Shown here: piece after piece, positions 25,535 to 39,679 of the stretch | How the letters are laid out: each line of letters begins with the position of its first letter | Numbering within the stretch: the first letter of the stretch is position 1 | Source of the DNA: Camelus ferus | Lineage: Eukaryota | Reading direction: 5' to 3' | DNA length: 64,000 nucleotides | NCBI RefSeq assembly: GCF_009834535.1 | Contig: NC_045707.1 | Span: 53,570,001-53,634,000, forward strand | Notes under the pieces: generated by a model | Databases searched by the model: none | Seen by the model: only the letters and a program-made list of their open reading frames with translations | What the model was told of the DNA's origin: nothing | Position numbers and translations under genes: made by a program

Positions 25535-26765
25535 TTACAAATCGACTGATTCTCAAATTACTCTGAAATTGGAAAGGACCTAGAATAGTCAGAACCATAC
25601 TAAAACCTAACATAAATTTGAATGTCATACACTGCCTGATTTCAAGACTTACTATATGGCTTCATTCACCAAGTAAATGTGTTATTGACATAAAAATTAG
25701 CAAATAAAACAATGGAACAGAGTCTACACATAGTAGACTATAGTAGATACACACTACGTAGCCAAGTGGTTTTCTACAAAGGTGCCAAGACAGTTCAGTG
25801 GGACACACAAAATCTTACTTTACACACAAAAATTATTTTGAACTAAATTATATGTAAATGTAAAGTTTTTAAACTCTTAAAGTTTCTAAGAGAAAATATA
25901 GAAAAAAAGAACTTTACCTCCTTGAAAATACAAACCACAGCCTCAAAGAAAATATTTGATATGCATCTCTCTTGACAAAGAAAATTGTATCTAAAACACA
26001 TGAAGAAATGTCAAATGTGATGAAAAATGGGTGAAATCTACACAAATCTTGAATAAATTTGTGTAATGCTCAACTTTGTCACTAGGAAATACAATTGAAA
26101 TTACAATGAGATATGACTTCATGTCTACTAGAATGTCTAAAATTAAAATGACTGACAACAGGCAAAATTGTGGATAGAAACTGTCATAATTTGCTGGTGG
26201 TGTATAAAATTTTCAACTATTTTGGAAAAGTATTTAGTGTTTCTTATAGACACCACAGTGTAGCTAAATTTTTACCAGAGAGAAATGAATAAAAAAAAGT
26301 CTGCAAAATTACTTGTATAAGGATGTTTAGAGAGGTTTATAGTTAATAACAAAAAACTGGAAACTACCAAATGTCCATTAACAGGGATAATGGATAAATT
26401 GTAATATATTCATGAAATTTAACACTGCAGTATTTGCAGCAGTGAACTATGCGTATGTCAACAGTGGATATCCATTGTACTATGTGAGCATAGGAAGCCA
26501 GATATAGAAGAGTATGTACTATAAATACCATTTTTATGAGGTTTAGAAACCGGCCAGATTAATTTATGAGCTAGAAATAAAAACAAATCTATACAGAGAA
26601 GAGTTTGATAGGAAGGGACCATAATGAAACTCTGTGATGGAAAATTTCTATACCCTGATTTGGTGATTAGTTGTGTGATGTATAAATATGAAAAAACTTA
26701 TCTTCAAAAACACTTACTGAGCTATACATTTTACTGTATGTAAACTTTAACTTCAATTTTAAAAC
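25535..26765 (+). mobile_element. Ancient L1 (L1MD/ME-like), 3' ORF2 and 3' UTR
   Basis: Contains 'aaaggacctagaatagtc...ctgcctgatttcaagacttactata', 'aaaaactggaaactaccaaatgtccattaacagg' and the terminal 'cattttactgtatgtaaactttaacttcaat'. Confidence 0.8.
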
Positions 26766-29700
26766 TTTCTTTTAATATTCAGCAGTAAGTTTTATCAGGT
26801 CATATCTGAGTTTGAGTTTGTAGCTTTCTGATATAACACTAATGATATCTGTTTTCCAAAAACACCAATGTTATATTTATTTAGAAATTAACATTTATAT
26901 CTTTTGTACTTTAAGTATTTTGCATGCATCCTATTAGTAATTATGACAGATCAGAAACCTGTTGTATAACATACTAATTTTACAGACCAGAAGGCAACTC
27001 CATAAAGGAAGCTATTTAAAAATACATGCATTTAGTTTTTACCAGTGTATCTCCAATGTCTACAATGGACCAAGTGATATAATAAACACACATTAAATAC
27101 ATGCTGAATGAATGACAGGATGAATGATGAAATGAAATATAACTTTGAAAATTTCTTAAATCTTTTTACAAAATTACAGTGGCTTCTGCACTGAATTCAG
27201 AACATGCAGTTCATTCAGAGTAAAATTCCATCTTCCTTTCTAACCTGTCCCTTAACACTATCATCTCTACCACTGATTAATTCCTCTCCTGGATCCTTCC
27301 TTTTCTCTCTGCGTCCACTCCCTGCTGCTTCTGTCATAAGCCTTGATGCTCCAACTGCCACTCATTTCTCCTTTATCCCTGAAGTTCCCATGAGCATTCT
27401 CACTCTTCTGTTAATGATATGGTTTCTATTGGCATATCAAAAATAATAGCACATGAAGGAAATATCTGGAAACGCAGCAACAGCAGCAGTCTATCAGCAT
27501 GTTTTAATCTTGAATAAATTTTGGAACAGATCAATTTGGCATGATCATTAAGATATAACCATTACGAGTTATGCTCTTAAATCCCTCAGTAGTGGTTCAT
27601 TTCACACAGCTGGCATTTGTTCTTTGAAAGTCCCAGTGAAGTAAAATGAGCAGATTCTGGCACAGAATTGAGAATTTGCTACACATTTGTGATAGCCAGG
27701 CTTACAAAAGTCCAATGTTCTTTGTGGCATATTCTGTAGTATATCCCTGATCCCTTGGAAACAGGAAATTTCGATCTTGAGTATTACAGAGAGACAAATG
27801 GGTGGAGTTAAAGCTAATATGCAGAGAAATGCTCTCAAATCATAACTATGAAAGCATCAGAAAAGCATCAGTCCATGGTGAACCACCATTCATAATCAAA
27901 GAATAAATTCTACCCGTGAGTGTCACAACTGATAGAAAAGTTTATAAGCTGTTACTAAGACTGACTCAAATATTGCAGTAAAATGAGAAGAACTGATGGA
28001 AAAGGTCCTCCTTTCTGTGCACATGAACAGTAAAAATGTGAGAAAGGCACATCACACATATTCATCAAAGTAATTTTCATAATAAACTCATTTAAAAACA
28101 TAATTCTTTCTAACTGTAGAGAAGTTTATAAACAAACAAAAAAAGGACAAATCAGAAAGTCAAACACCATAGTCATGGTAAACAGAAAGTTAGACCATGG
28201 AAAATACTCATTTGGGATTTTTATGATAAAGAAGGCGCTGTAAAAGAAAAAAAAGTGCCTTAATGGACTTTAGACCCTACTGACAAAAGGAAACAATGTT
28301 GGCTGCTGAATTTTGTGATTGGTTAAGTATTTATACATCCACTTAGACTATGTAATCCAATTAAATACTTGTTGATTGATTTTGAATGTCTCACCGTGAC
28401 AACATGCTGGAAATTTCATGTTTAAAAATATTTCACCAAACCTAATTGCATTAGCCACTGTTCTGAATATGCATCATTTGACACAAAGTTTCCTATAAAA
28501 TTCTGATCCTATTTAAATGAAACATGGAGTCATACTCTGAGCTTCATAATTCCTACTTACTTGAGCTACCTATTCTAACAATATTTTAATTTACCTATTT
28601 TTGATCTTTATTTCTGGTCAACTGTCAACAAAAAAGGTATATTTCTCAAACAATAAATTATGTTTAATGTTTACCAGATTTTTCTCAATGCTTACACATT
28701 TCAATTAATACAACAAGGTGTCCTGCCTATGCTTAACAGTAATTCTAAGATGCCATCATCTTTTTTCAGTCAAAATAGGTTATAATATTTCTACTAAAAA
28801 ATGTAGCATCATCTATCACCTCTACTTTACAAAAAGAGAAGAACCAAATATCCCATCCAACATATATTTTGTATTTACATAGGCATTGTGAATATATGCC
28901 CATTATATATTCTTGGGGGTTAAAAATACTTGATTTGCAAAGTAAGGAGATGTAAATTCGTAACAATTCCTTATGAATTATAAAGTATGGGTTGCTTTTT
29001 AATGAGTGTATGTGTATTTGTGTGTGATATATAGAAAGTTGTAGTCTAGAATAATTTAGCTAACTTTATATAAAACTTTCAGTTACCAAAAAAAGATTAT
29101 TGTCAATATCAGTGAATGGTATAAGTCACAACTTTATTATTTAGGAAAAAGCTCATAAAACATTGTCTCACTCTTTAGGTCCTAGATCATGTTAATAACT
29201 GAATTAAACACACTGATTTTCTATGTAATAGGTTTTTGTTTCAAGTTATATCAGTTCACAATTGTTTGAATGATGACAACACTCATAATTGACAATTTCC
29301 TTAAACAGCAGTTTGTACTAACGAAATTCATTAAACCTACTTTACTGAATGTTTTGATTAGACAGTTTATTCAAAACATCATTTTAGTATTTTCTTTTTT
29401 ACTAAACATTCATGTGTACAAAGTGCTGAAGTTTGCACATCTTGAGTCATGTTAAAAATTAACCAAATGTTCAATTGTTTGAAATAATTGGAAACAATTG
29501 CATGGATAGAACAATTTCAACTTATCAGAAGCTGTCCATAATCTGTCAGAGAACTTGTCTAATACAATAATTGGTAGACTTTCTCAGTGCACTTTTCACT
29601 GAATTGTGTGTAACTTAGTCAATATGTTATCTCCAAATTTCTTCCAATTCCTGTGTTAGACAAGATCATGGTCAATAAAGATATATGATCAGATTTTGCA

Positions 29701-30121
29701 TGCCCAAATTATTTAAACACCTAAAACCATTTTGCTGTCTTTCTTCTCTAATGCCCATATATTTGAAAATGTTATATATTCTCAAATATTTTCTCAGTTT
29801 CATTTTTATCTTTTGGCTTCCTTGAGCTTGTAAACTGTTTCAGGTCATATAAATAGAGTTAACAATGGAGCTATTTAAATAATGTGAAATTAGGGTGCTT
29901 GATGATACAGGTAAAATCAATGCACAATATCAACACACAATGTGTAAGAACATGGCATCAGGCATTCAAAAAAACTCCTTAAATTAAGCAGGTAGTCTAG
30001 AGTAAAGAGACAAAAGAACAGGCAATATTGGTTTGAGGAGCCATTACAAAAATGGTCTTTATTCAGATGAAAATGCTTGTTGCACATAATTGCTTTTTTA
30101 TCCTTTATATCAATCTTGTTG

Positions 30122-30250
30122 GTATGTATGTGTATGTATGTGTGTATGTATGTGTGTGCGTAGTCAGTGTACACACTTACATACTATTGCTATATATGGG
30201 TTTTGTATGCATATGCATATACATATACGCATAGACAGACAGACAGACAG
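30122..30250. repeat. Compound microsatellite: (TATG/TG)n, (CATA)n, (CAGA)n
   Basis: Read directly from the sequence. Confidence 0.85.
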
Positions 30251-30644
30251 AGGTGAGAATAAGATGGGAGACAACTGAAATAGCATAAAGATTTGCACCT
30301 GGCCATAGCTTTCTAGTTCCTGTAATACACATTAGACAGAAATTAGAACAATTTCAGTTATTTGTTTTCTGTTATTATTGTCAACCTTCTCATGTATCAG
30401 TGAAGATAGGTACCTATATCTAGGTAGAGTAGACTAGATGATATCCTTTCAGAAGATAGAACCAATAAATCATAAATACTTCAGTCTTTTCATTTCTAAA
30501 ATACCTATTATATTCTAAGATGACTATTGTGCTAAGAGCTGAAATATATTAATTCACAAGAAATTAATCAGAAGAATTCCTTTTATATATAATTTGTAGT
30601 ATCCAATATTCCCCTTATAAAACACTACTTAAAAAATACTTTAA

Positions 30645-32400
30645 AAGATATTAGCAGCCAACGCTTGAACCAAGATCCTGCAGAGAAGGGAACTGCACTG
30701 GGCAAAGACCAAATTCCTGTCCAATTTTTTCTTACTGGTTTGTGCAAAACATCAAGGTGTTGCTCAGAGCTTTGGACAGTCTCTTAGGACTAGAAAGGTG
30801 AAAACCAGGATTGATGTCTCTCAGGGTAGCCAGAACTTGAGGTGCCAAGATCACAGAAAGAAGGAAGAATGCAGAGAGCGGAGCCTCACACTTGGCCCCT
30901 TCGTAAGCATTTGCTGATTTTCAAACTTTAGTCAAAATGCTAAGAAGCTAAAGGGAGCGTTTGCCAACTTCATGGGCAAGGGAGACAAGTGTTTAGTTCA
31001 GAACTTGCCGAAGAAGATGGTCTCTGGTAAATATGTCAGCTTCAAGTGTAGTGAGAGCAATCCAAATAAATCCTCTCCTAAAGGCAGAAAATCAGATTTG
31101 AATCAGTTCTATCCCAGCCTGATTAAATCAATCTGTCCCTACTCTACTGCCTGCCAGAAATTAAAAAAACAACAAAAAAATCTCTCTGGCTGAATATAAC
31201 TACATGCAGAATCTCAAATTATCTTTAATTTTTCAAACACAGCATTCAACATTCTGTCAAAAATTAGCAGACTTATAGGAAGAAGAACTAAATGATTGAA
31301 AACCAAGAGATTAAAAGACAATAATCGTTGGAATTATTAGATGTGGATATTTAAATAACAATGATTAATATGCACAAAAATGTATATTATATGTATTGTA
31401 AGATAGATAATTTCAGCAGATAATTGGAATTTATGAAATGAATCATGTAGTAATTCTAAAATTAACATTAAGAACCAGTTTAAGATACAGCTACAGTAAG
31501 GGTTAGTGAATAGGGAGACAGAAACATCATTAAGATATAGTCTGAACCACAAAGAGAAGCATACATTGAAAATACAGTAAAGAGCATATAAGATGCATAT
31601 GTGATGAGAAGTTCTAGCATATATTCTAGATCTTCAGAATAAAAGAGAGCAAGAAAGGAGGCAAGAAAAGGTGAGGTGATATGAGGAAATATGAGGGAAG
31701 AGAAGATACAAAACAAAAGCTACAGAAGCTGAGAATTACCCCAAACAAATGAGAAAACAAAACCCTCCAGAGTTAAGAAAGGCTACGTACCGCAAGTGGA
31801 ATATATACAAATAAAACCTCAAATTGCTAAAAAAAAATGCAAAACAAACAAAAAAACCAAACAAAAAAAAAGAAATTCTCATTTTTAAAAAGAAATTTTT
31901 CTTCAAATGACAAACTATATCACTTATAGTGGACTTCATAACAAATAATGGAAACTATAATAGTATGTTATTTAAAACCTGCAAAAGATTACTGCCAACC
32001 TAGAATTCTATATCCAGTGAAATATTCTTCAAAAATGAAAATATAATAAAGGCTTTTTATGAAAGGAAAAACAGGGAATTTTTTATCAGCTGTTCCCACT
32101 AATGTGAGTTTTTCATGCAGAGGGAAATAATTACAGTTGGAAGCACAGAAGTATGGGGGGGAGTAAGTACCAATGAGAAGGGTAAATCTACAGAGGATTA
32201 AAATGCATAACAAGGCGTCCCTAAAGCTAGAGGGAAGCAGAAAAGATAAGTAGTAGGGGTAAGTGTAGATAGGGATTCTAAAATCCTTATGATGTTTAAG
32301 ATGGTAAAAGTATACTAAAATTATTTACTATACTAAATATATTGTCAAGAAAGTATATTATATTTTCTAAGAGTAAACCTCCTTAAACCACAGCAGCAAG
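30645..32400 (+). mobile_element. Ancient L1 5' region and ORF1 relic
   Basis: A-rich. 'tgccaacctagaattctatatccagtgaaa' (~31993-32022) encodes CQPRILYPVK, matching the L1 ORF1 QPRILYPAK motif. Boundaries approximate. Confidence 0.7.
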
Positions 32401-32474
32401 TAAAGACTTAGAAAATGGAGAAAAGAAGTGCCTTCTTTCAATAATTCCTGTTGTAACAAATAAGTGACTATTAA

Positions 32475-33115
32475 TTTTTTCCCCATTTTATTCAGATATA
32501 ATTGACATACAACACTGTATAACTTTGAGATACAGTGTGATGAACTGACTTACATACCTCATGAAATAGTTACCACAATAGGTTTAGTGAACATCCATCA
32601 TCTCATATGGATACAACATTAAAGAAATAGAAAACAATTCTTTTCCTAGTGATGAGAACTCTTAGGATACCCTATTTTAACTTTCATACATAATATTCAG
32701 CAGTGTTAATTATCTTTATCATGTGGTACATCTCTAGTACCTATTTATCTTATAACTGAAAGTTTGTAATTTTTGACAACCTTTATCTGGCTTCTCTGCC
32801 CCAACCTTGTGCCTCTGGTAGCCACAAACCTGATGTCTTTTTCTCCACGTTTGTTTGTTTTTTGGAAATAAAATTGACCTATGATACTGAGTTAGTTCCT
32901 GGTATACAACATAGTGACTTGCTGTTTCTATACGTTTTAGAATGATCACCATAATAAGTCTAGTTGTCATCTGTTACCATACAAAGATACTACATAGTAA
33001 TTGACTATATTCCCCACACTGTACATTTCATACCTGTGACTCATTTTCTTCATAACTAGAAGTTTGTACCTCTTAATCTCCCTCACCTATTTCTCCCCTT
33101 CCCCCACCTCCCTCC
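32475..33115 (-). mobile_element. L1 3' UTR fragment (L1MA9-derived, laurasiatherian type)
   Basis: Contains 'ttttattcagatataattgacatacaacactgtat...gtgatgagaactcttaggat...cttataactgaaagtttgta' and a second internal 3'-end unit from ~32860. Confidence 0.82.
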
Positions 33116-33738
33116 GTATAAAACTTTTAGGACTTTTAATATCTTTAATTTTGGCCCTGTTTCTGCATTTTCTCCAAATATAATGAGAGCTAAATAGAAT
33201 TCATTGATAAACTGCAATTTGGATGTGAAAAGAAAAGTTGTCATCAGTGTCCCTCAGAGTCAGAATTACAACCAAGTGAAATCCCCTGAGAATTAAACAT
33301 TTAGTCTTTTCTTTGAAATAAATGTGTCGAGCATTTAAAGGTCCAGGTAATTGCATAAATGCAAATATGAAAAAGAGAGAGCTGAAATTCTTTTAGAGAT
33401 CTGCTACTTTGCACCATCAAAAGGAGCACATGATTGGCTGCCTGAGTGTACTTAACTATCTTTCCATGAACACAAAGAATGGCTTTGGAGAGAATACAAA
33501 AGGGCTTAAAAAGTGAACTGCAAGTGTTTTCCACAACTTCACTACTCTGTTTGGTTTTTTGCTTTCAAAGGAAGGAACTGGATTTATGATTTGAAATATG
33601 GGATTTACATGCTTGCATAGAAAGATGTATTCAAGGATGATAAGCTTTCAGGAAATAAAAATTTTTTCAGTTGGCAAGAGCCCTTAGAAAAGACTATTTT
33701 TGTTACCTTTTAATAAGAAATCAATGATGTTAATTTCT

Positions 33739-33854
33739 TTTCAATTTTATTTATTTATTTTTATTGAAGCGCAGTCAGTTACAATGTGTCAATTTCTGGT
33801 GTACAGCACAGTGTTCCAGTCATGCATATACATACATATATTCATTTTCACATT
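33739..33854 (-). mobile_element. Short 5'-truncated young L1 (3' tip)
   Basis: 'ttttattgaagcgcagtcagttacaatgtgtcaatttctggtgtacagc...' is the same family as 38810 and 62262. Flanked by TTAATTTCT (33730-33738 and 33855-33863), a likely TSD. Confidence 0.85.
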
Positions 33855-35809
33855 TTAATTTCTACTTATGCTAAGAAGGGCTAAAAGAAAAACAACTTTT
33901 AATTAAAAAGAATCATTGTGATATTTTTGAGCATCTTTTGACTTCATGTTTTTCCTAATATTCCTTGCTCTCACTGTCACAAGACTAACTTCCCTGTGTA
34001 CTTTTTGTACAGCTGGTTGTGATATATTTTTAGGTGGGTGGCTACTGTAGTATGTTATTACATATGCAACATATGAAAAGCTGCAGGTTGGAAATGAATA
34101 TATTACACTCTTGGAAATTTGAGTTACTTTAATAAATTGTTTACATTTAAAATATTGTTGATGAGATTCCAACACTAACAAAATGTGAAAAATAACTTTA
34201 TGAGAAACCAAACAATTTTGCCATACCAATTTTTCTCTCTAAAATGGATTGGGGAGTTGGAAGTTCTCTTTGGAGTGCTATTTTTCAAATAGAAAAGACA
34301 GCTAAAATCACCCCTAATTCTAGAAGTAGAAAAGTATGGATCTTCATCGAAAGAAGAAAAAGTTGAAGTTGTCACTGGACCCACATTTAAAGAGTTAAGT
34401 CACTGGTTTCTAAAATGTGTTCCTCTTTCTCCACATAAAACCTATCAAATCCTGTACAGCCATCCTAACCTGACTTCTTTCAAATCATATTCTTTCAAAT
34501 TTATTTAAAGTTATTTATTTATAAATTTACTTACTTACATTTAAAACTTAGAATTTATAAAATTTAGAATGTATTATTATGATATTCAATAGTCATCCAA
34601 TAATTTTATTATAATGAACTTTTAGTGACTTTTTTTCCTTCAGTAAATTCAAGTGAATGTAAAGTCTTCAGTGTCCCTTGCTCTTTTACACTGGTAATGG
34701 GATTTTAAAATTATGGTAGTTAATTAGTTCTCCATAGGAATATAACTATAAATGACAATATACAAACTAATTACCTCCAACTTCCTAAATGTCATATCTG
34801 AAACAAATTGTAGAGAGAATTATTTTTCCTTCTCTGTAGAATTTGAGGTTGCATGACTTCTCATTTCTTGTGAGCTTTCAGATTCTTCTGGGGGTGTTCC
34901 TCTACTGTATATGTTTATGCATTCAAAATCTATCTTCAGCTTGTATAGTGTAGGGATGGTGCCTAAAACTCTACAGATGAAATTGGGATCACAGAGAGGG
35001 AATTAGTCTGTTTTCACCTATTTGGCAGGTTTCCTTCATATTGTACTTATGTTCTATATGCTACACCTGGTTGCCCACAAGTAAGGAAGATATAATGTTT
35101 ATATACCTGGGAAAATTTTAAATGCTGCTTCAAAGAATTTCTTTTGTTCTGCCACCAAGCTATTACAACGTATGCAATTTCCAGTTCTATTTTCCCACTA
35201 GAAAATCATCACTGTGCTTGACTAGGCAACGTAAACTCCATTCCCCTAAAATCACTGGAATTTTCAGTCATTTCTTAGTTGTCATTCTATTTAGTTGTTT
35301 CATGCTCCTCTTTGAAAAATACTTCTCCAGCATAAAACTGAGCATAAAAGAGGAAATCCAGTCTCTGCTCACTGAAGTAACAGTATTTTAGACAGGCAAA
35401 GGCTTAACAAGTCCTCATCTCAGCAGGACATATGCCTCGTCTTCCACAGCAGTACGCTGTGGACGTGAATGCACTGGGTATCTCACTTGGGAACCATCAG
35501 ATAAAATTGCCATTTGATTTGCCAAGGTAGTTTTCTCCTAATTCAAGAATATCTTTGGATTTCTGGAGATCCCTCATTCTCAAATTGTGTGAAGTATTCT
35601 TAATGAGATATAACTTAAATAAATAACTTCTTTTTTTTTTTTTTTAAACATTTTCATATCTGGAGAAGCCCTGAGAAATGGCATTTTCTTTGCAGTTGAA
35701 AGGCAGGAAGACACAAAATCTAGGGTCAAAGTAGTAATACTCTATCTCATTACAATAATTTTTATGTGTGTGACCAATTATAGGTTCTCATTAAATAACA
35801 GGTGAAGTC

Positions 35810-36085
35810 ATTCCTATAAAAAGGGAAAGATTTATTATATGACATTCTAGAAAAGGGAAGTCTGTTGGTAATCATATTAGTGGTTACCAGGGTTTGCAGG
35901 GATAAGGAAAAAGGAGACAATACAAGGTAATGAAAACATCTTTTTGGACAATGGAAATATTTTTTATCTTTATTGTGGTGATGGTTATACCACTTTATAA
36001 GTTTGTCAAAATTCACTGAATTGTACACCCAAAAAGGATGATTTTTAATATACAGAAATATTACTTCAATAAGCAAAAAATAAAA
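35810..36085 (+). mobile_element. Old L1 (L1MB/MC-like) 3' UTR end
   Basis: 'tatgacattctagaaaaggg...tagtggttaccaggg...tttgtcaaaattcactgaattgtacac...ttacttcaataa'. Confidence 0.75.
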
Positions 36086-36760
36086 ATTAAAACATTAAGC
36101 TCATATTAATGGAAGGCTCCAGCCGTATGGAATTAAATTAGAGCAACATCAGGGAGAATCTTTAGAAGAATTCAGTTGTATGAATTAGGCTATCTTGTGC
36201 ATTAAAATTGTCAACATGAAATCCATTGTCATACAATGCAGTAGGAAGAATGTTATTCCCATTTTTAAAGATGTTCAAATAGTGGTTGAACTAGAAGTGG
36301 ATGAACTAAGCTAATGTTGAGTATCATGGATTAAAAGAATATAGAAGTACAGTTGGAATATTGACAACAGTTTAAGAAATTTTTTATTAGAAAAATAACT
36401 CACAAGTAATAAAGTCAATGAAAAACACTGAACACTGAAAAGAAAAAGAAGACACATTGCTTTCATTTGCTACCAAAAATGTAGGAGCAAAAATTCCCTC
36501 AAATTGCTTTTGTTATAAAAATTCTTCCACAATCTAGTTCTCGATTAATCAGAGTTTAGCTAACTCTAGTGTTCATCGTAGAAGAGTTATTCGTCGTGAT
36601 AGAAGTTCCTGATGATTAGGAGAATTGTTCAGATCAGTTGTTCAGATTTGCATAAGTTAATGATTTAGGATTCATGAAGCATTTATTATCTGCAAGATTT
36701 CATTGAAAAATTAATTAATAACAAAACATATTAATTAATATAAATAATTACATCCGTGAT

Positions 36761-37288
36761 CTGTAGTCCTCCCTTATCTGCAGGCGATCTGTTCCAAGAC
36801 ATGCAGTAGATGCCTGAAATTTCAGATAGTACCAAACCCTATATATACTATGTTTTTTCCTGTACAGACACACTTATCATAAAGTTAGTTTATGAATTAC
36901 ACACAGTGAAAGGATATTCCAATTTCCAGCATTACTTCTTTTGCACTTTGGAGTATTATTAAGTAAAATAAAGGTTACTTGAACACAAACACTGGACACC
37001 CTATAGTCTACCTCGTAACTGAGACAGGTACTAAGTGACTAGTGGGCAGGTGGTGTATATAGAGTGGACATGCCGGACAAAGGGATGACTTATGTCCTGG
37101 GCTAACCAGAGAGGAACGGTGCTGGGTTTCATCATGCTCCTCTGAAGGGTGTTCAATTTAAAATTTATGATGTATTTATTTCTGAAATTTTCCATTTAAT
37201 ATTTCTGGACCATAATTGACAGTGGGTAACTGAAACCAAGAAAATGGAAACTACAGATAAAGTTGGGTGGGGTAGAGGGGAACTACTG
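36761..37288 (-). mobile_element. MER44-type (Tigger7-derived) DNA transposon
   Basis: TIR-like ends 'ctgtagtcctcccttatctgc' and 'ggggaactactg' followed by TA. Internal 'tttatttctgaaattttccatttaatatttctggacc...gggtaactgaaacc'. Confidence 0.88.
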
Positions 37289-38775
37289 TAGTTAAATGTG
37301 CTAATTGACTACTTATCTGTTGAATTCTTTCCAAGTGTTGTCATTCCTCATCGCAAAGTATTACCATAACTCTGTCTCCTCCAAACCTTAAACTGATATC
37401 AGTATCAGTGTCAGAATTGGGTAGCTACTTCTGGTGAGGCAGGGTAAGTTTTAAGTAACTGTCAATACAGCCTTCAGTCTAGAAACAAGTGTAATCCTAA
37501 AATGTGAAGAGTACTGGATGGGAAAGAGCAAGTAACAAGGGAACAGGTCAGATCTAAGAATTCTGGAGAAAGTCAGAGAGCAGGCTCATAACAGAGGTGA
37601 GATCATAAAGGTCAGAGCAGAATTCAAGGGTATTGATCCAAAACATGTAGGGATCTATGAGTCGGGTAAGCTAGGCATTATTGAGGGACAATCTGGCTAG
37701 AAAGAAAAAGCTCAGACTATGACTAAGCAATGAAGTGACAAGCTAGTCCTAATACTAATGTAAGCATCTTAATATTAATGTAATGATTTTGAAACTAGTG
37801 TTTCCCATGTGTTTATCTCTGGGTCCAGATCTAGTGAAAGACTGCCATTGGCTTAACTAATCACCGCAATGAAAATGAACAGGCATTTCCGATTAAGGGA
37901 GAGCAGTCTGGGAGGGAAATTTCTGACAAAGTTGTTTAACTATAAACAAAGACAGGAACAAAAAAATGTTGAATGACAAGGTGTGGTAGGGCAAGAAATG
38001 TCATTTTAATCTTCTGAGAATAATAAAAGCAAGAAGGATTAAAAAGCCAACATTCTGCTCTTAATTAAATTCTCAGCATAACTGTGAACATCCATGCCTT
38101 CAACCAGGGAGTACAAATGCTCTACCCAGCCAGTATGCTCTGTGCAGATTGTCAAGTTCATCTTCTTTCTGTCAATATATTTACTGTATTTACATTCGAT
38201 TTTCACATTCTCAAATCATCTTAAATACTAAATGATGATAAGTATAAGGAAACTGCCTTCTACATCATTAGTGGAAATTAAATGTTTTAAATATGACTGC
38301 TCCTAATAAACTAGAATTCTTACTCAATATTATAAATAGAATGACTCAGTCTAGTGGATTCAGCCCAATGTAATAAGAATCTGTTCTTGTAAGCCTAACA
38401 GTGGAAGACTAAGATTCAGATGCAAATGATTAGTAAGAAGGATACATCCCAAAATAGATTGTACTGGACACTGTAATCACAGAGTAACTTCCTTTGTAGA
38501 TTCTTCCCCAGAATATTGATTATTTTGTAAATAATACTTTCTTTTTCTCAAAAAATCATTTTTACCTCTATATCTGTTATATATTAGGGTGTTGGTGACA
38601 TAGTGAATAAATTATTTTTATGAATTTTCAATACATAGTTCATGTCCCACCTCTGTTTATCAGATATTGGGGAAAATCTAATAATCATTAAGATAATTTG
38701 GTTCTAGTTTGCAGGTGTACTGGAAAGAATTTATTTGCATGTTTTAAAATGGTTCCTGTTTCAGCATTTTTTGTG

Positions 38776-38781
<6 letters not shown>

Positions 38782-38812
<31 letters not shown>

Positions 38813-39558
38813 GAAATATAGTCAGTTTACAATGTGTCAGTTTCTGGTGTAGAGCATAATGCTTCAGTCATACATGAACATATGTATATATATTCATTTT
38901 CATATTCTTTTTCACCATAAGTTACTATAAGATACTGAATATAGTTCCTGTGCTATGTAGTATGAAATTGTTTATTTTATATATATTAGTATCTGCTTAT
39001 CTTGAACCCCCAATTTACTCCTTTCCACCCTCTTCCCCCACTGATAACCATAAGTTTGTTTTCTATGCCTGTGAGTCTGTTTCTGTTTTGTAAATAAGAT
39101 CGTTTGCCTTTTTTTTTTTTTTAAGATTCCACATATAAGTGATATCAAATGGTATTTTTCTTTCTCTTTCTGGCTTACTTCACTTAGTATGATGAACTTC
39201 AGGTCCATCCATGTTGCTGCAAATGGCATTATTCTATTCTTTTTTTATGGCTGAGTAGTATTCCACTGTATAAATATACCACAGCTTCTTTATGCAGTCA
39301 TTTGTTGATGTACGTTTAAATGCTGGAAAGGGTATAGCGAAAAGGGAACCCTTCTACACTGTTGGGGGGAATGTAGTTTGGTGCAGCCATTATGGAAAAC
39401 GATATGGAGATTCCTCAAAAGACTAAACTTTGACTTACCATAAGATCCAACAATCCCACTCCTGGGCATATATCCAGAGGGAACCTTAATACAAAAAGAT
39501 ACATACACCCCAGTGTTCAGAGCAGCAGTATTTACAGTAGCCAAGACATGGAATCAAC
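38782..39558 (-). mobile_element. Young L1 insertion with 5' inversion (twin priming)
   Basis: (TA)n tail at 38782-38808 and antisense 3' UTR/ORF2 end to ~39318. Then 39318-39558 in the opposite orientation, 'aaatgctggaaaggg...ccaagacatggaatcaac'. The two pieces are adjacent in the uninterrupted copy at ~62760-63030. Confidence 0.9.
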
Positions 39559-39679
39559 ATGTTTTTTAAATGTATACATTGAAGATTTTTCTGTTTTTGT
39601 AAATAACAGTTTGTGCATCAGTTCTGGTTAAAGAAAGTTAAAACAAAAACCTATTAATCTTTTGAAATATCAAGGGTTG

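Noticed and set aside
29200..29720. Possible ancient DNA-transposon-like relics (also ~36290-36600) and faint LTR-like patches (~21750-21880, 37400-37700, 56960-57300)
   Set aside because: Too degenerate to assign by eye. They need a Dfam search.
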